Part shown: piece by piece, positions 50,648 through 64,000 of the stretch
Layout of the letters: every line of letters starts with the position of its first letter
Numbering within the stretch: the first letter of the stretch is position 1
Assembly (NCBI RefSeq): GCF_006345805.1
Contig: NC_043019.1
Location: 32,239,360-32,303,359, forward strand
Origin: Octopus sinensis
Taxonomy: Eukaryota
DNA length: 64,000 nucleotides
Reading direction: 5' to 3'
Translations under genes and position numbers: made by a program
The notes under the pieces: model-generated
Told to the model about the DNA's origin: nothing
Databases searched by the model: none
What the model saw: the letters and a program-made list of their open reading frames with translations, nothing else

Positions 50648-51210
50648 ATTCAAAATTCATTTTAAAAATGTGCAAGCAATCTTATATCATTGCAATATAG
50701 TTACAAATTATAATTTTTCTGTCTGGGGAAGTCTTTTATTTAAACACAAAAATGATTGACTGGGAAAAAAAAAAATTATAATACAAGTATAAAAGATTAA
50801 ATTATCGAAAAATTAAGGCAATCTTTCATTTTAGGAAAATATATGTGAAATCAGAAATCTACCACCAAAACAGCAACTCCAAAATTCCTTCAACAAGGAA
50901 AAAAAGTGGGGGGGGATGGAGTGGGGCTGGAATTTTGCAACAAAAGAATATTATTTTTCCGTTCTTCTGTGTTTATAAGTTAAGTTAATTTTTTGGCTCA
51001 AAAAGCAAAAAGCAAGGCCATGTAGAGGGACATGGAGTTGTGTACAGGAAGGGTGTTCATGCAAAGAGTTCAGGCCATTTCTGGTCAAGAGAGACTTTGA
51101 ACCGAACGGTCATCGTTTATATTTTACAAAATTTTTTCACAACTTTTTTTATATTCTTTTTTATGTTTACTTTTCAAAAATCATTTTTTTTAAATTCTTT
51201 TTTTTTACAG

Positions 51211-51365
51211 TAATTCTTACTCCCATATCTTGTCTGCACCGGCATCACAAGCCAACAACATGCAGACCTACACCAGCCAGCTTGGTTTCCAGAACGCAAG
51301 CTATTACCCCCAGCCAGGCCCCAGTCCATATCAGATGTTACAGTCTCCATATCAAGTATCAGATA
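51211..51365 (+). CDS. eya: Eya exon, 155 nt, phase 2-1: NSYSHILSAPASQANNMQTYTSQLGFQNASYYPQPGPSPYQMLQSPYQVSD
   Basis: Acceptor ttttttttacag|T and donor ATA|gtaagt. YSHILSAP resembles EYA YPHIL(S/P)TP and YPQPGPSPY resembles EYA1 YPQPGQPY. Confidence 0.88.
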
Positions 51366-51830
51366 GTAAGTAATGCATATAACATAACACTATATATATA
51401 TATATATATGGGTGGGTGGGCTTGGAGGTCTTTTTTTGTGTGTGTGCCTTTTGAGATGTGTAGATGTAGCAAAGATACTGTAAAAGACATGACAACTTTT
51501 TTTTATTTTTCTATCTATTTATAAAATTGCAAACCTAACCAACCCATTGTTGAATCCCAGCATTGAAAAGTAGACGTATAATGATGGTGAGAGGAAGGTC
51601 TTAATTGAATTATGTTTGATTTTATTTGATATTAAAACGAAAGGGTGTTAAAGAATAATTTGTTAAACCAGTGTTTGTTTGGGGTGGGGTGGGGTGGGGG
51701 TTCTCAATTACTTAACCTGTGGTACCGCCCTTCAACATGGCATTAAAGTCTGCTAGCAGGATTTCCAAGTTCACATCAACTAACCTATAATGTTAATAAT
51801 CATGATGACAATGATAATAATTATAGAAAC

Positions 51831-52225
51831 TCTCTTTTACTTGTTTCAGTCCTTTGACTGCGGCCATGCTGGAGCACCGCCTTTAGTCGAGCAAATCGAC
51901 CCCCGGGACTTATTCTTTGTAAGCCCAGTACTTATTGTATCGGTCTCTTTTGCCGAACCGCTAAGTGACGGCGACATAAACACACCAGCATCGGTTGTCA
52001 AGCAATGCTAGGGGGACAAACACAGACACACAAACACATACACACACATATATATATATACATATATACGACAGGCTTCTTTCAGTTTCTGTCTACCAAA
52101 TCCACTCACAAGGCTTTGGTCGGCCCGAGGCTATAGTAGAAGACACTTGCCCAAGATGCCATGCAGTGGGACTGAACCTGGAACCATGTGGTTGGTTAGC
52201 AAGCTACTTACCACACAGCCACTCC
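51831..52225 (-). mobile_element. SINE family A, full length
   Basis: Reverse complement of family A. Confidence 0.9.
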
Positions 52226-53663
52226 TCTTTTTTACAAAATACTGTAAATTTGTTTGTGAAAGATTTTTTTTTTTTAATAAACATACATTTAAAAATACAT
52301 GCAAAGTGGGGTGTGGTGTATTATCATTGGTATTTCAAAAGAAAGCTGAAGGATAGCAAAAACACTGGTTTAGTTAAATTATTAATAGAAATTCCCCTCT
52401 TTTTTAGATGATAAAGATTTTTATAACAAATCTTGAAAAATAAAATTAATTAAAAATTAATTAATTAAAATTTTTTTTTCATGTTTATAATTATGTAGAT
52501 ACTTCATAATTTGATATATATTGCAGTTGATTAGTGGAATTGGTAAATTCACAGAAAACAAAACAACTCGCAGGGTTTTAATTTATGCATCTTTCTGCTC
52601 TGAGTTCAGCCTTTCTTCCTTCCAGATTTAATAAAATTAAATTATTCAAGTATCAGTTATGTACTGGGGATTCATCTAATCAACTGTATCCCTCCAAGTT
52701 TACGACCAGTTATTTTTTTTTTTTTTTTTTTTTTGAGATCATTAGAAATCAAAATTATTATAAATCTCATTATTCTAATACTGTCTGTCTTTGAGTATCT
52801 TTTTGTTTTGTTTCAATTATTTGTTTCCTTCCCCCCATTCCCCACCCCCCTTTTCTTTTGTTTGCAGCTGCCAGCCATGCTTGGGTTGTATGTTGATTTT
52901 TGTGCTGTTACTAGTTTGTTTTTTTTTTTTAAAGAGATTTAACCACATGGATTGTTTTTTTTGTTTTTTTTTTCGCTAGTCCACTAATCAATGGTTAGTT
53001 CATGACTTACAGTAGTAGCAACAGCAGCAGTAGCGATAAAACCTAAAAGCTCCACGAGGTTCCGGCAGGGTGTGGTGGCGACCCCTGTTGTACTCTTTCG
53101 CCCCAACTTTCTCTCACTCTTTCTTCCTGTTTCTTGTCCCCGACATCCTACGCAACCGCTGAGCCTGGATGCGCATTCATCCATCCGTCGATGCTCTCGG
53201 TGTCAGGGGTTGACCTGCTTTCTCTTCTGCGGGTCTTACGAATAGCAAAGGACCACGATTCGGACTTCTCCCACTGCGAGCTCTGGGACAAAGACCACTT
53301 CACTCAACAGCAACAGTAGCAGCAGTAGAGAAGGAAATAAGTTGCCCTCCCTCTTCACAGTCCCAAAAACCTGGTCTCGGTTCCCAGACTGGCAGCGCAT
53401 TGTGGTGCTTTTGAGCGAACCACTTCGTTTCATGTTGCTCCAGTTTCACTCAGCCCTAAACTCTTGTATTCTTTTACTTGTTTCAGTCATTTGACTGTGG
53501 CCTTGCTGGAGCACCACCTCAAAGAAATCAAACCCTGGGACTTATTCTTTGTAAGCCTAGTATTTATTCTATCGGTCTCTTTTGCTGAACTGTTAAGTTA
53601 TGGGGACATAAATACACCAGCATCAGTTGTCAAGTGATATTTGAGGAACACAAATACAGACAT

Positions 53664-53719
<56 letters not shown>

Positions 53720-54469
53720 GGCTACTAAATCCACTCACAAGGCTTTGCTTGGCCTGAGGCTTCAGAAGCGCATATTCAAGAAAAAAAGCATATGGAAAAC
53801 ACAACTTCACATATAGGTAATTTTGGGGGTCTTTTTTTCTTCAGTGGGGCAAAAAGTGCATCTTCATATACCATCAAAAATGATGTGTGTCTGTTTATGA
53901 AGATGCACAGAGATAAGAACAAGTCCCTTACTGATCTATTGTAACCATCTGACCAAGCTAGAGCTGTAGGTCAGTTTAAAGGTTGGATGATCACCTCTAA
54001 GAATTGCACTCCTTTCCTTTCATGACCATCATCACCCACTGTTGCTACTACTAGAGTCATGTTCTTTTTAGTTTGTTTGTTCATTGTTTTTTTTTTCCTT
54101 TCTGTATTTTTAGTTTCTTTTTTAATGACTGCAAATTGCTTTAGTCTTCAGTTTCCAAAATCATAATCAACAGCATGGTTTGACCTCACCATCTCCCAGC
54201 ATGGTTATATTATATATATATAAATATACATTGGAAATGTAATAAACAAAAACAAAATGGCCTCTTATTTATATCCACACATACATACATATAACATATA
54301 TATATATATATATACACACACATACATACGCATACATACACATATGAATGAAGGGTTCTTTTACAGGGTTAGTCACAATCAGTAGATAGTACTCAATACA
54401 TAGAATGTAGAGTTTAGAACGTGAACTTTAATGGAATAGGCTCTTAGAAAAAGCTTGAAACTCTTAATT

Positions 54470-54897
54470 CTTTTAGCATTCAGTTTACTCTCTCAAATAT
54501 AATCCTTATTTGGTTGCGTTATTTTGAATTAATCACGTATCATCTCATAACTTTTAGATTTCAATGATGTGACTGTATTTTTAGACTGGCATTGTAGGCT
54601 AGGTGCGATAGGCTGGACCTTGCCAGTATGGACATACAGCAGGTAAAATATTCAAGCTTGATGTGACTGGTTTAACCCTTTAGTGTTCAGATTACTCTGT
54701 TAAATGTAATATTTTTTTACTCAAATTGTTTTTAATTAATCATGCATTATCTTATAACTTTGAAGTTTCAATGACGTGATTGTTTATTTTTAGAATGTCA
54801 ATGTGGGTTAGGTGTGAGAGGCTAGATAGCGCCAGCTTGGATATAAAAAAGATACAGAATATTTGGGCCGGATATGGCCAGTTTAAACACTAAAGAG
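54470..54897. mobile_element. Two adjacent piggyBac-like MITE copies joined at TTAA
   Basis: 54676-54897 is TTAA|CCCTTTAGTG...CACTAAAGAG|TTAA, and a diverged copy precedes it. Confidence 0.65.
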
Positions 54898-57800
54898 TTA
54901 AATATACTAAAGGGTTTTTAATTTTTTTGTTAAATTTAACTCCTAACATCCTTTTGAAAATGCTTGAAGCCAGTTGCACAGTCTTGCAATTATTAAGTAG
55001 AAAATACTTAAAAATGGGTTTGTTTATTGAAATGTTTATAGTGTATTTACTTGTGGTTAGGTTATTGTGAAACTTGGCATTCTTGTCAAAAAAGCATTTG
55101 TTTCTGTTTGTATTATAAATAGTCATTTGTGCTAAAAAAAAAAATATTATGCATATGTGATTGCTAATTTATTATTTAATAATAACCGGGAAAAAAAAAA
55201 CAGATACATTCAAAGAAGATGATGGAAAGAAATGTTAGTACTGGATTAAATGCAATTAATAACAGACATGAACATACAAATATAAGAAGTAAATTAAATT
55301 AATGCTTTACCCTGATCTTTTTGGTTCCTTTTCATTATGAAATTTATAGGTAAGCAGAGTTACTCCCTTCAGACACAAAATACCCAGCTATTTTACATGA
55401 AAGTTTTAATTTAAATAATAATAAATAAAAAAAAAAGGGGGACCTCTGCAAATAAATTACAAACTCGGTAACGCATTTGTTGATTTTGATAACGAATGTT
55501 AAAAAAATATAAATAAATGATAACGAGAAAGGATTAAAGCTTTTCTTCCTGAGATTAGAAAGTTAATAACTTCCTTTGAAACAAATGTAAACAAGGGTAT
55601 TTTTACTTCGGGTGGTTTTAGGATTGAGAGATGCATGCAGTATAGGGTGGATTCATTTTATACAGGATGTTAAGAGTTACATGGAACAAACAAGCTTTTT
55701 CTTAGAACCTTATATATATATATATATGTATATATATGTGTATGTATATATATGTGTATGTATATATATGTGTATGTATATATATGTGTATGTATATATG
55801 TGTATGTATATATATATATATATATATATGTGTATGTATATATATATTTGTATGTATATATGTATATATATATTTGTATGTATATGTATATATTTGTATA
55901 TATATATATGTGTGTGTGTGTGTGTATATATATGTATATATGTATGTATATATATATATATAAATTGTTTGAAGTGGTGCACAGATTTTATATATATCCC
56001 CTCAAAGGGTTGAAAACACTAAATAAATAGTTTGTATCCAAATCCTGACACCCCCTTCCTTTTTTTCTTGATATGTGTGTGTGTGTGTGTGTGTGTGTAT
56101 GCTAAAGGAAAGACTGAAGATAGAATATGCGAGAATTTTTTTTTAATCACGACAGTTGTTTCCACACATCTAGTATCGATCCCTCATGGGTGGAACACAT
56201 AACAGCTGGTTCAGGAGCACAGATATATATAGACATACACAAATGGATAGATAGATAGATAGACAGATAGATAACATATACTTATAATGAGAGAGAGAGA
56301 GATCCTTTTATAGATAGGTAGTGTTTCTGCCTTGTATGAGTGTCCATCCATTCTTCACATGCCGAAGTGTGACCCTAGAATGGCTTGCCGGGTTAGTTGT
56401 CTCTGACCTGTGTGATGGAGTGCATTGCAGTTGCTCCTTGTAAATGTAATGTGAGCCAGTAGATACTGGTTGTACTTTTATAACCAGTAAAACAGTTGAA
56501 GTCATGAAGTTTATAACTCTAACATTTGCAGTCAAATTTATATATGATATTGATCATGAGTGGCTTGTTCCTATACTGTTGTGTGATTACCATATATTAT
56601 ACCTCAGGGTACTTTCAGTTCTGAGTATACCTGCAGGATTCCTTTCTGCATAGGATTAAGAATAATAAGTCTTTTCTATTATAAGCACAAGGCCTGAAAT
56701 TTTTTTTGGTTGGGGGAGTCGACTACGTTGACCCCAGTATGTAACTGGTACTTATTTAATTGACCCTGAAAGGATGAAAGGTAAAGTCGGCCTCGGCAGA
56801 ATTTGAACTCAGAACGTATTGATGGGCGAAATACCGCTAAGCATTTCATCCAGCATGCTAAAATGATTCTGCCAGCTCGCCACCTAACAATAGTAATAAT
56901 AATACAATTTCATAGTGGATTAATGACATGTTTCTGCATGCATATATATATATATATATATATATATTTCTAAATTGAATTTTTCCCTGTAAGTTCGGAA
57001 TAATATTCCCTCATTATTATTATCATTATATATATAGCATTCAGATTCTTCTGTCAAATGTAATGTTTATTTATTCACATTGCTTTGAACTAATCATGCA
57101 TTATCTCATAGTTTCAAGATTTCAATGACAAGATAGTATATTTTTAGATATGTCATGGTAGGGTAGGAGTGAGAAGCTGGATCTGGCCAGTTCGAACATA
57201 AAAACAGAATATTTTTGCAAGAGGAATAGTTAGATAGAGAGAGAGAGAGAGAGATGATAGATAGATAGATAGATAGATCGTAGTTACAATTTCTAGTCCA
57301 AACTAGGACATCTGACTGCTTTTCACTTGAAAATGTTAAAATATTTTCCGATTTCTAAACACATTCAATTCAATAACATTCACAAAAAAATTATTAGGAT
57401 TTAAAAAAAAATTATCATGTTAATAAGGGCCAAAAACTAACTCCACCCAAATTACCTTTCCACCCTCTTTCACTCAACATTTTGTTGACTGGTGTGATTA
57501 ATTAAATAGTTAATTAATTAACACTGATTTTATTTGTTTGTGTTTTTTTTTATTCATAAGTTCATTTACATTTTTTTTTCTTCCTAATTATAATAATCTC
57601 ACTTTTGATTCACTTCTGTTAAGTGACAAATTCTAATAGTTTTTTTGTTTGTTTGTTTGTTTCTATTTAATTAAAATAACTTATGTATATATGTGTCTGC
57701 GTATGCATGTATAGATACATTTGTATGTATATACACAATGTCTATATATGTACATGTATCTGTTTATATATTTTTATATATACATATATATGCATATATA

Positions 57801-58040
57801 TACATATATATATATGCATATATACATATATGCATATATACATATGCATATATATGCATATATATATATATGCATATATACATGCATATATATATATGCA
57901 TATATATATATGCATATATATATATATATATATATGCATATACACACATATATATATTATATATAAAATGCTGGTGAATGTTCATCATTTACATGTTTTG
58001 GTTCTGGGAAGATTGGGTGAGATTTGTTTTCTTGATTCAG

Positions 58041-58160
58041 CAGTGAAATTGAAGACAACCAATAGTCAGATGCCAAACCCCAGCTACTTACCGAGCGGTG
58101 GTTACTTAGGATCCGGTTCGGGACCATTTTCTCAGTCGGGACAAAGTCCATATATGTGCG
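58041..58160 (+). CDS. eya: Eya exon, 120 nt, phase 1-1: (T)[39 protein letters not shown]
   Basis: Acceptor ttttcttgattcag|CA (tandem CAGCAG) and donor GCG|gtgagt. QSGQSPY resembles EYA QPGQ(A/T)PY. In frame with the previous exon. Confidence 0.85.
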
Positions 58161-58781
58161 GTGAGTAAAAAAAAAAAAAAATAACTAAAAAATATATAAA
58201 TTTGGTGTCGTTCCGTTGTTGGTAATGAGGAGAGGGTCTTCGTTGATTATTAAATGGGCTGTTGTAATTAATTTATGTTTTTTTTTTTTTTGGTTAATTT
58301 TATTTTATTTGTAAAGAATATTCTCTTTCTCCATTCAATGCCAGGGGTTTGTGGGACCAACATGGGCTCCTTGTTAATCCCTTCGCTTGTTTGATTATCA
58401 CTTTAGATTTCCCCGAGAAAAACCTCGAATTAGCAAATCTCGTTGGACATGGGATGCCAGAGCAATCAATAATATTGCTGACACGATGTAATCGACTTAC
58501 CCCCACCTCTAAATCTGCTGGCCTTGTGCCAAACTTAGAAAGTTTTATTATTAGTAGTAGTAGTAGTAATAAGGCGGCATGCTGGCAGAATCAGCATGCC
58601 AGGTGAAATGCTTACCTATGTTTCTTCTGCTGCTACGTTCTGAGTTCAAATTCTGCTAAGGTCGATTTTGCTTTGCTTCCTTTCAGAGTCGATAAATTAA
58701 GTACCAGTTGTGTACTGCGATCAATCTAATATACTGGCCCCCTTCCCCCAAATTTCAGGCCTTGTGCCTATAGTAGAAAGG

Positions 58782-58819
<38 letters not shown>

Positions 58820-59359
58820 CATTATTATTATTATTATTTACGCCAATCTGAATGGACTTATCACTCGAAGGAATACAGGAAATGTATCAGGACATGAAAT
58901 ATAAAAGCCGGACTAGACTACTTCATGCGCAACTCCATTGTCTCTCGAGACAGAAAGGATGCCAATACAAATATTATTATTATTATTATTATTGAATGAG
59001 AGAGCAGTGCATGCCATCAAAATGACACTGGGGTAAAATACACAAATCCCAGTATACCCATCATGACTACCCGTCTGCTAAGAGTACACTAGGCACGGGC
59101 ATCACAACCATATGTGCACGATATGGTGATCTCATATCAAGATAAACAGCATGTGACCTTGCAGGTGGGGCCCAGTTAGAGTTTTCTTCTGGTCGAGTAA
59201 CCCATCCCGCAAAAGGTCCCTGAATAAGGGTTGTTTAAGGATGTTGAACAAAACACTCATGTTTCCAGAGGTGAATTATTAAAACTCCAAAGAATCCCTC
59301 TCTACACATGGCTATGATGCTCCCCTACCAAAACTAATTATTATTATTATTATTATTGG

Positions 59360-60235
59360 AAAATTTGCAGGATCATTATCATACCTACCAAAATAGCTGC
59401 ATTTCATCTGTCTTTACATTCTTCTGAGTTCAAATTCTTCTGAGATTGACTTTGGTAGTTTCATCCTTTCAGGGTCAATAATTACCAGTCAAGCAGTGCG
59501 GCCGATGTAATCGTCTAGCCCCCTCCCTCCTCCACCTTCCCTGAAAAGGCTTGCCTTGTGCCAAAATATAAAACCCTTATTAATATTGCTACTATTATGA
59601 GGGTGGCAAGCTGACAGGACTGTTAACATGCTTAGTGGCATTCCCTAGTTCAAATTCTGCCAATGTCAACTTCACCTTTCATCCATTTGGGGCTGATGAA
59701 ATTAAGTTCCCTTTGAATACTGGGATTGATATAATCAACTAGTCGATTCCCTCAAAATATTTAGGGCCTTGTGCTTATAGTAGTAGTGATTATTATTAAG
59801 GCAGTAAGCTGGGAGAATCATTAGCATGTGAGCGAAATGCTTAGTATTTCATCTGTCTTTACATTCTGAGTTCAAATTCCGCCAAGGTAGGCTTTACCTT
59901 TTATCCTTTCGGGGTCGATAAATTAAGTACCAGTGAAACACTGGAGTCAACATAATCAACTGGTTCCCTCCCCAAAAATTTCAGGTCTTGTGCCTTTTAA
60001 TAGAAATGGTTTTTACTATTATTAAGGCGGCAAACTGGCAGAATTGTTAGCGCATTGGGCAAAATGCTTAGTGGTATTTCGTCTGTCTTCATGCTGAGTT
60101 CAAATTCCGCTATGGTTGACTTTGCCTTTCATCGTTTCAGGGTCAATAAAATAAGTACCAGTGAAACACTGAGGTCAATGTAATCAACTTAGACACTCCC
60201 CACAAAATACTAGTCTTGTGCCAAAATTTGAAATC
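59360..60235 (+). repeat. Second head-to-tail array of diverged SINE B copies (about 4 units)
   Basis: Same unit and (ATT) linkers as 29347-31258. Confidence 0.8.
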
Positions 60236-60912
60236 ATTATCGTTGTTTTTATTATTATTATTATTATCATCATTATAGGTGGACTGACTACGTCCCAGGT
60301 AGGGCCCACGGGTTATGACCTGACTAGTCTTGCCGGGTCTTCGGATGGTGTTTTTATGTGCCACCATGTTCCCACAGCACGGAGGCCAGTCGATGCGGTA
60401 CTGGCTACGGCCACGTTCGGATGGTTTTCTTGTGTGCCACAGGCACTGGTACCACAAAGATACAAATTCCATTGATGTTCATCTATTGTGATTGATTTTC
60501 ACTTGCCTCAGCAGGTCCTTCCTTCTTGTGACACTTGTGAAGACCTGTTGAGGCAAGTGAAAATCACTGGCCATCGTGCTGTGGGCACATAACAAACACC
60601 AGCCTCATCTAGCACCTGTCGGTGGCACATAAAAACACCATCCGAAGACCCGGCAAGACTAGTCAGGCCATAACCCATGGCCCCTACCTGGGACGTAGTC
60701 AGTCCACCTGTGCATACCTTCCTTCTTGTGACACTTGTGAAGACCTGTTGAGGCAAGTGAAAATCAAAACAAATCAAAATAGATGAACATCAATGGAATT
60801 TGTATCTTTGTGGTACCAGTGCCAGTGGCATGTGGCACATAAGAAAACCATCCGAACGTGGCCGTAGCCAGTACCGCATCGACTGGCCTCCATGCTGTGG
60901 GCACGTAACAAG

Positions 60913-61227
60913 CACCATCCGATCGTGGCCGTTTGCCAGCCTCATCTGGCACCTGTGTCGGTGGCACATAAAAACACCATCCGAGTGTGGCCGTCTGCCA
61001 GCCTCGTCTGGCACCTGTGTCGGTGGCACATAAAAACACCATCCGAGCGTGGCCGTCTGCCAGCCTCGTCTGGCACCTGTGTCGGTGGCACATAAAAAAA
61101 AAACACCATCCGAGCGTGGCCGTCTGCCAGCCTCGTCTGGCACCTGTGTCGGTGGCACATAAAAACACCATCCGAGCGTGGCCATTTGCCAGCCTCGTCT
61201 GGCACCTGTGTCGGTGGCACATAAAAT
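60913..61227 (+). repeat. 62-bp tandem repeat, 5 copies, inside SINE D
   Basis: caccatccga starts at 60913, 60975, 61037, 61104 and 61166. Confidence 0.95.
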
Positions 61228-61394
61228 CACCCACTACACTCTCGGAGTGGTTGGCGTTAGGAAGGGCATCCAGCTGTAGAAACACTGCCAGATCTGACTG
61301 GACTGGTGCAGCTTTCGGGCTCCCCAGACCCCAGTTGAACCGTCCAACCCATGCTAGCATGGAAAGCGGACGTTAAATGATGATGATGATGATG

Positions 61395-61948
61395 AGTGAG
61401 AGAGCAGTGCATGCCATCAAAGTGACACTGGGGTACAAATATACGAAGCCCAGTATACCCATCATGACTACCCATCTGATAAGGGTACACCAGGCACATG
61501 CATCACAACTAAATGTGCGCGTCATGGTGATCTCATATCAATATAAAAGGTGCATGACCTTGCAGATGGGGCTCAGTTAGAATTTTCTTCTGGTCGAGTA
61601 ACCCATCCTGCTCAAAAGGTCCCTGAATAAGGGTTGTTTAAGGATATTGAACGTACCACCCATGTTTCCAGAGGTGAATTATTCAAACCCCAAAGAATTC
61701 CTCTCAACACATGGCTATGATTGCTTCCCCACTTCTTCTGCTCATGATCAGAGATGAGCATATTGTCAGCCACTCAGGGACATGCTCAACTGGTTATGGT
61801 CAAACAACTTACAAGCAAATCTGTGGTATTGAGCAGAATATTTGCTGTAGCCCATCTTTTATACCAAGACAACACAATGTACATGATAACACTTCCAATC
61901 AGTTAAGATCAGAAGCCACGAGAACCACTGCCTGGTACTGCATCAGGG
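61395..61948 (+). mobile_element. Interspersed repeat family E, longest copy
   Basis: Homologous to 58996-59330 and to the reverse complement of 23870-24315. It starts directly after the (GAT)n tail of SINE D. Confidence 0.75.
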
Positions 61949-63124
61949 CATTGTTATTATTATTATTATTCCCCTTACTCTATATTCAGATTCAAGATCC
62001 TAATACTTCCTCTCGTGTCACGTAGGAGTACGTTTATATTCGTTGTTTGTCATTTTATTTTCATCTATTTTCTTTCTTTCTTTCTTTCGTTATCGTTAAT
62101 TAGTTATAGTTTATGTCCTTTGGCGGGAAGGAGCTTCAACGTCAATGAACGTTTGAAAAATAAGAAGTGCCCCCCCCCCCCAAAAAAAAAATGCCTCAAT
62201 TTGTATATTTTAATTTTTCCACCGCAATCTCTTTTCCCCATTTTGAAAAGACAAGGTGTGTGTGTATATATGTATATATATATCTATATATATATGTATA
62301 TATATATAAATATATATACATATATAAAATCAAAGACTGGAATTTATGGCATTATTTTGTTACAGTTGTTTCAATACAACACTCTGGTTTTAATCCTTTT
62401 TATTTTCGTGTGTGTGTGTATATATATATATATGCATATATATATATATGTATGTATGTATGTGTAATATATAGTTAATATCTTTGGAACATCGCTTGTT
62501 TGTTTTGAGTTTTTATGTCTTTTTTTTTTACATACTTGTTTATTTGTTTTTCATTGTTGATTTTTGCTACTACTACTATTGCTACTACCATCACTACTAC
62601 TACTACCGCTATTACTCTGGATCGTGTCGGTTGCGTTTATTAGCTACACCCCCACCCACCCCCCTCATCACACCTTATTCCACTGCCGCCGCCACCCACA
62701 CCCCGCCGCCGTACCTTCACCGCCCTCCCTCTCACCCTGCCTTACGCCACGGTTTGCTCTTTTTTTGTTTGTTTGTTTGTTTTGTTTTTGTTTGTTCATT
62801 GGTTTGCTGCAATTGAGAACAATCTTAGTGTGCAGTTTTTTTGGTCTTTTTATAATCTTTCTAACCTGGTCTGTGCTTGCAGTGAAATAACAAGAAAAGC
62901 CAAAAAAAAATTAAAATTAATAGAAAATGATAACAAAAATAATGTAGATTTACTAACACAACACAACCTCCTCCTCCTATCCCCACCCTCCCACCACACC
63001 CATCACCTCTTCCCCTCCTCTTGCTTGCCTGCCTACCCCCTTCACTTCCATCCTCTCTCCACCTCTCGCCCCTTATCTTCCATTCATTCATTCATTATGT
63101 ATGCGTTGAGTGAAATTTAGTTGG

Positions 63125-63893
63125 ATGTGGCTGTGTGGTAAGGCGTTTGCTTCCCAACCACATGGTTTCAAGTTCAATCCCTCTGTATGCTGGCACCTTG
63201 GACAGTTGTCTTCTACTATAACCATAGTCCCGGGCCAACCAAAGCTTGTGGCTGGGATTTGGTCGACAAAAACTGAAAGAAGCCCATTTTATATAGATAT
63301 ATATGTGTTCATCCTCCTGCAACTGCTGGGACAGCCGTAGTTGGTTTGTTTACATCTGCATAAGTTTGTGGTATGCATCAAATGAAATTTTGTTGAATGT
63401 GGCTGTGTAGTAAGAAGCTTGCTCTCCAACCATTTCGTTTCAAGTTCAGTCCCTCTGTATGCTGGCACTTTGGTCAGCTGTCTTCTACTATGCAGCCCTG
63501 GGCCAACCAAAGCTTGCAGCTGCGATTTGGTTGACAAAAGCTGAAATAAGCCCATTTCATAGATATGTGTGTTTGTCGGCCCCACTGCCACTGCTTGACA
63601 ACCATTGTTGGTTTGTTTACATCCCCATAAGTTTGCGGTTAGTGGTTTGGCAAAAGAGAGTGGTAGAATAAGTATGAGATTTCAAAATAAATAACTACTG
63701 AAGAAGATTTTGTCTGGCTAAACCCTTGTTTCAGTCATTTGACTGCAGTCATGCTGGAGCACCAGCCCCAGAACTTATTATTTTTCAAGCCTAGTACTTA
63801 TTCTGTCAGTCTCTTTTGCTGAACTGCTATGTTACGGGAACGTAAACATGCCAGCATTGGTTGCAAGTGATGGTGGGGGGACAAATATATACG

Positions 63894-63926
<33 letters not shown>

Positions 63927-64000
63927 ACAGGCTTCTTTCAGTTTCCAGCTACCAAATCCCCTTGCAAAGCTTTGGTCAGCCTGAGGCTTAATAGAAGACA
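63125..64000. mobile_element. Diverged SINE A copies: two on + (about 63125-63300 and 63398-63700) and one on - (63725-64000)
   Basis: Family A head, core and tail motifs. Confidence 0.8.

Noticed and set aside
58321-58400. Acceptor-like ttctctttctccattcaatgccag 180 bp after the last exon
   Set aside because: In the required phase 1 it reaches TGA after about 16 codons and has no Eya similarity. At most it is an unsupported poison or terminal exon.
61965-62030. Acceptor ttccccttactctatattcag followed by gtagga
   Set aside because: Phase 1 hits TAA within 4 codons, and the tract is the end of repeat family E.
62560-62760. Tyr/Pro-rich frame resembling the next Eya exon
   Set aside because: There is no acceptor in phase 1, and it is built from (CTA)n and C-rich repeats.

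Overview
AT-rich, repeat-dense eukaryotic DNA. The SINE and microsatellite content points to a cephalopod, most likely Octopus; this is inferred, not searched. The window holds the N-terminal half of one + strand gene, recognisable as eyes absent (eya). Six well-supported coding exons (15246-15520, 43601-43699, 45783-45872, 49230-49293, 51211-51365, 58041-58160) splice in frame with canonical AG/GT sites and give motifs collinear with vertebrate EYA1/EYA4 as I recall them (TPNGT..KTEP..NFSG..YSHILSAP..QSGQSPY). The start codon and the C-terminal phosphatase (Eya) domain are not in the window. There is also a candidate 36-nt upstream exon (994-1029) and a candidate alternative first exon (31659-31725). 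The introns are packed with several tRNA-derived SINE families, piggyBac-like and mariner MITEs, decayed LINE ends, satellites and microsatellites. Almost all ORFs in the supplied track are microsatellite or SINE artefacts. The most interesting observation is a set of type-I hammerhead-ribozyme motifs from three unrelated families in the eya introns (13327, 26285, 26519, 40522/40717). Two of them sit inside inverted-repeat elements, one of which also has a tRNA-type Pol III promoter, and a 161-bp satellite appears to derive from the flank of the other. All alignments and folds were done by eye and no database was searched. Repeat boundaries are approximate (about 10-20 bp).
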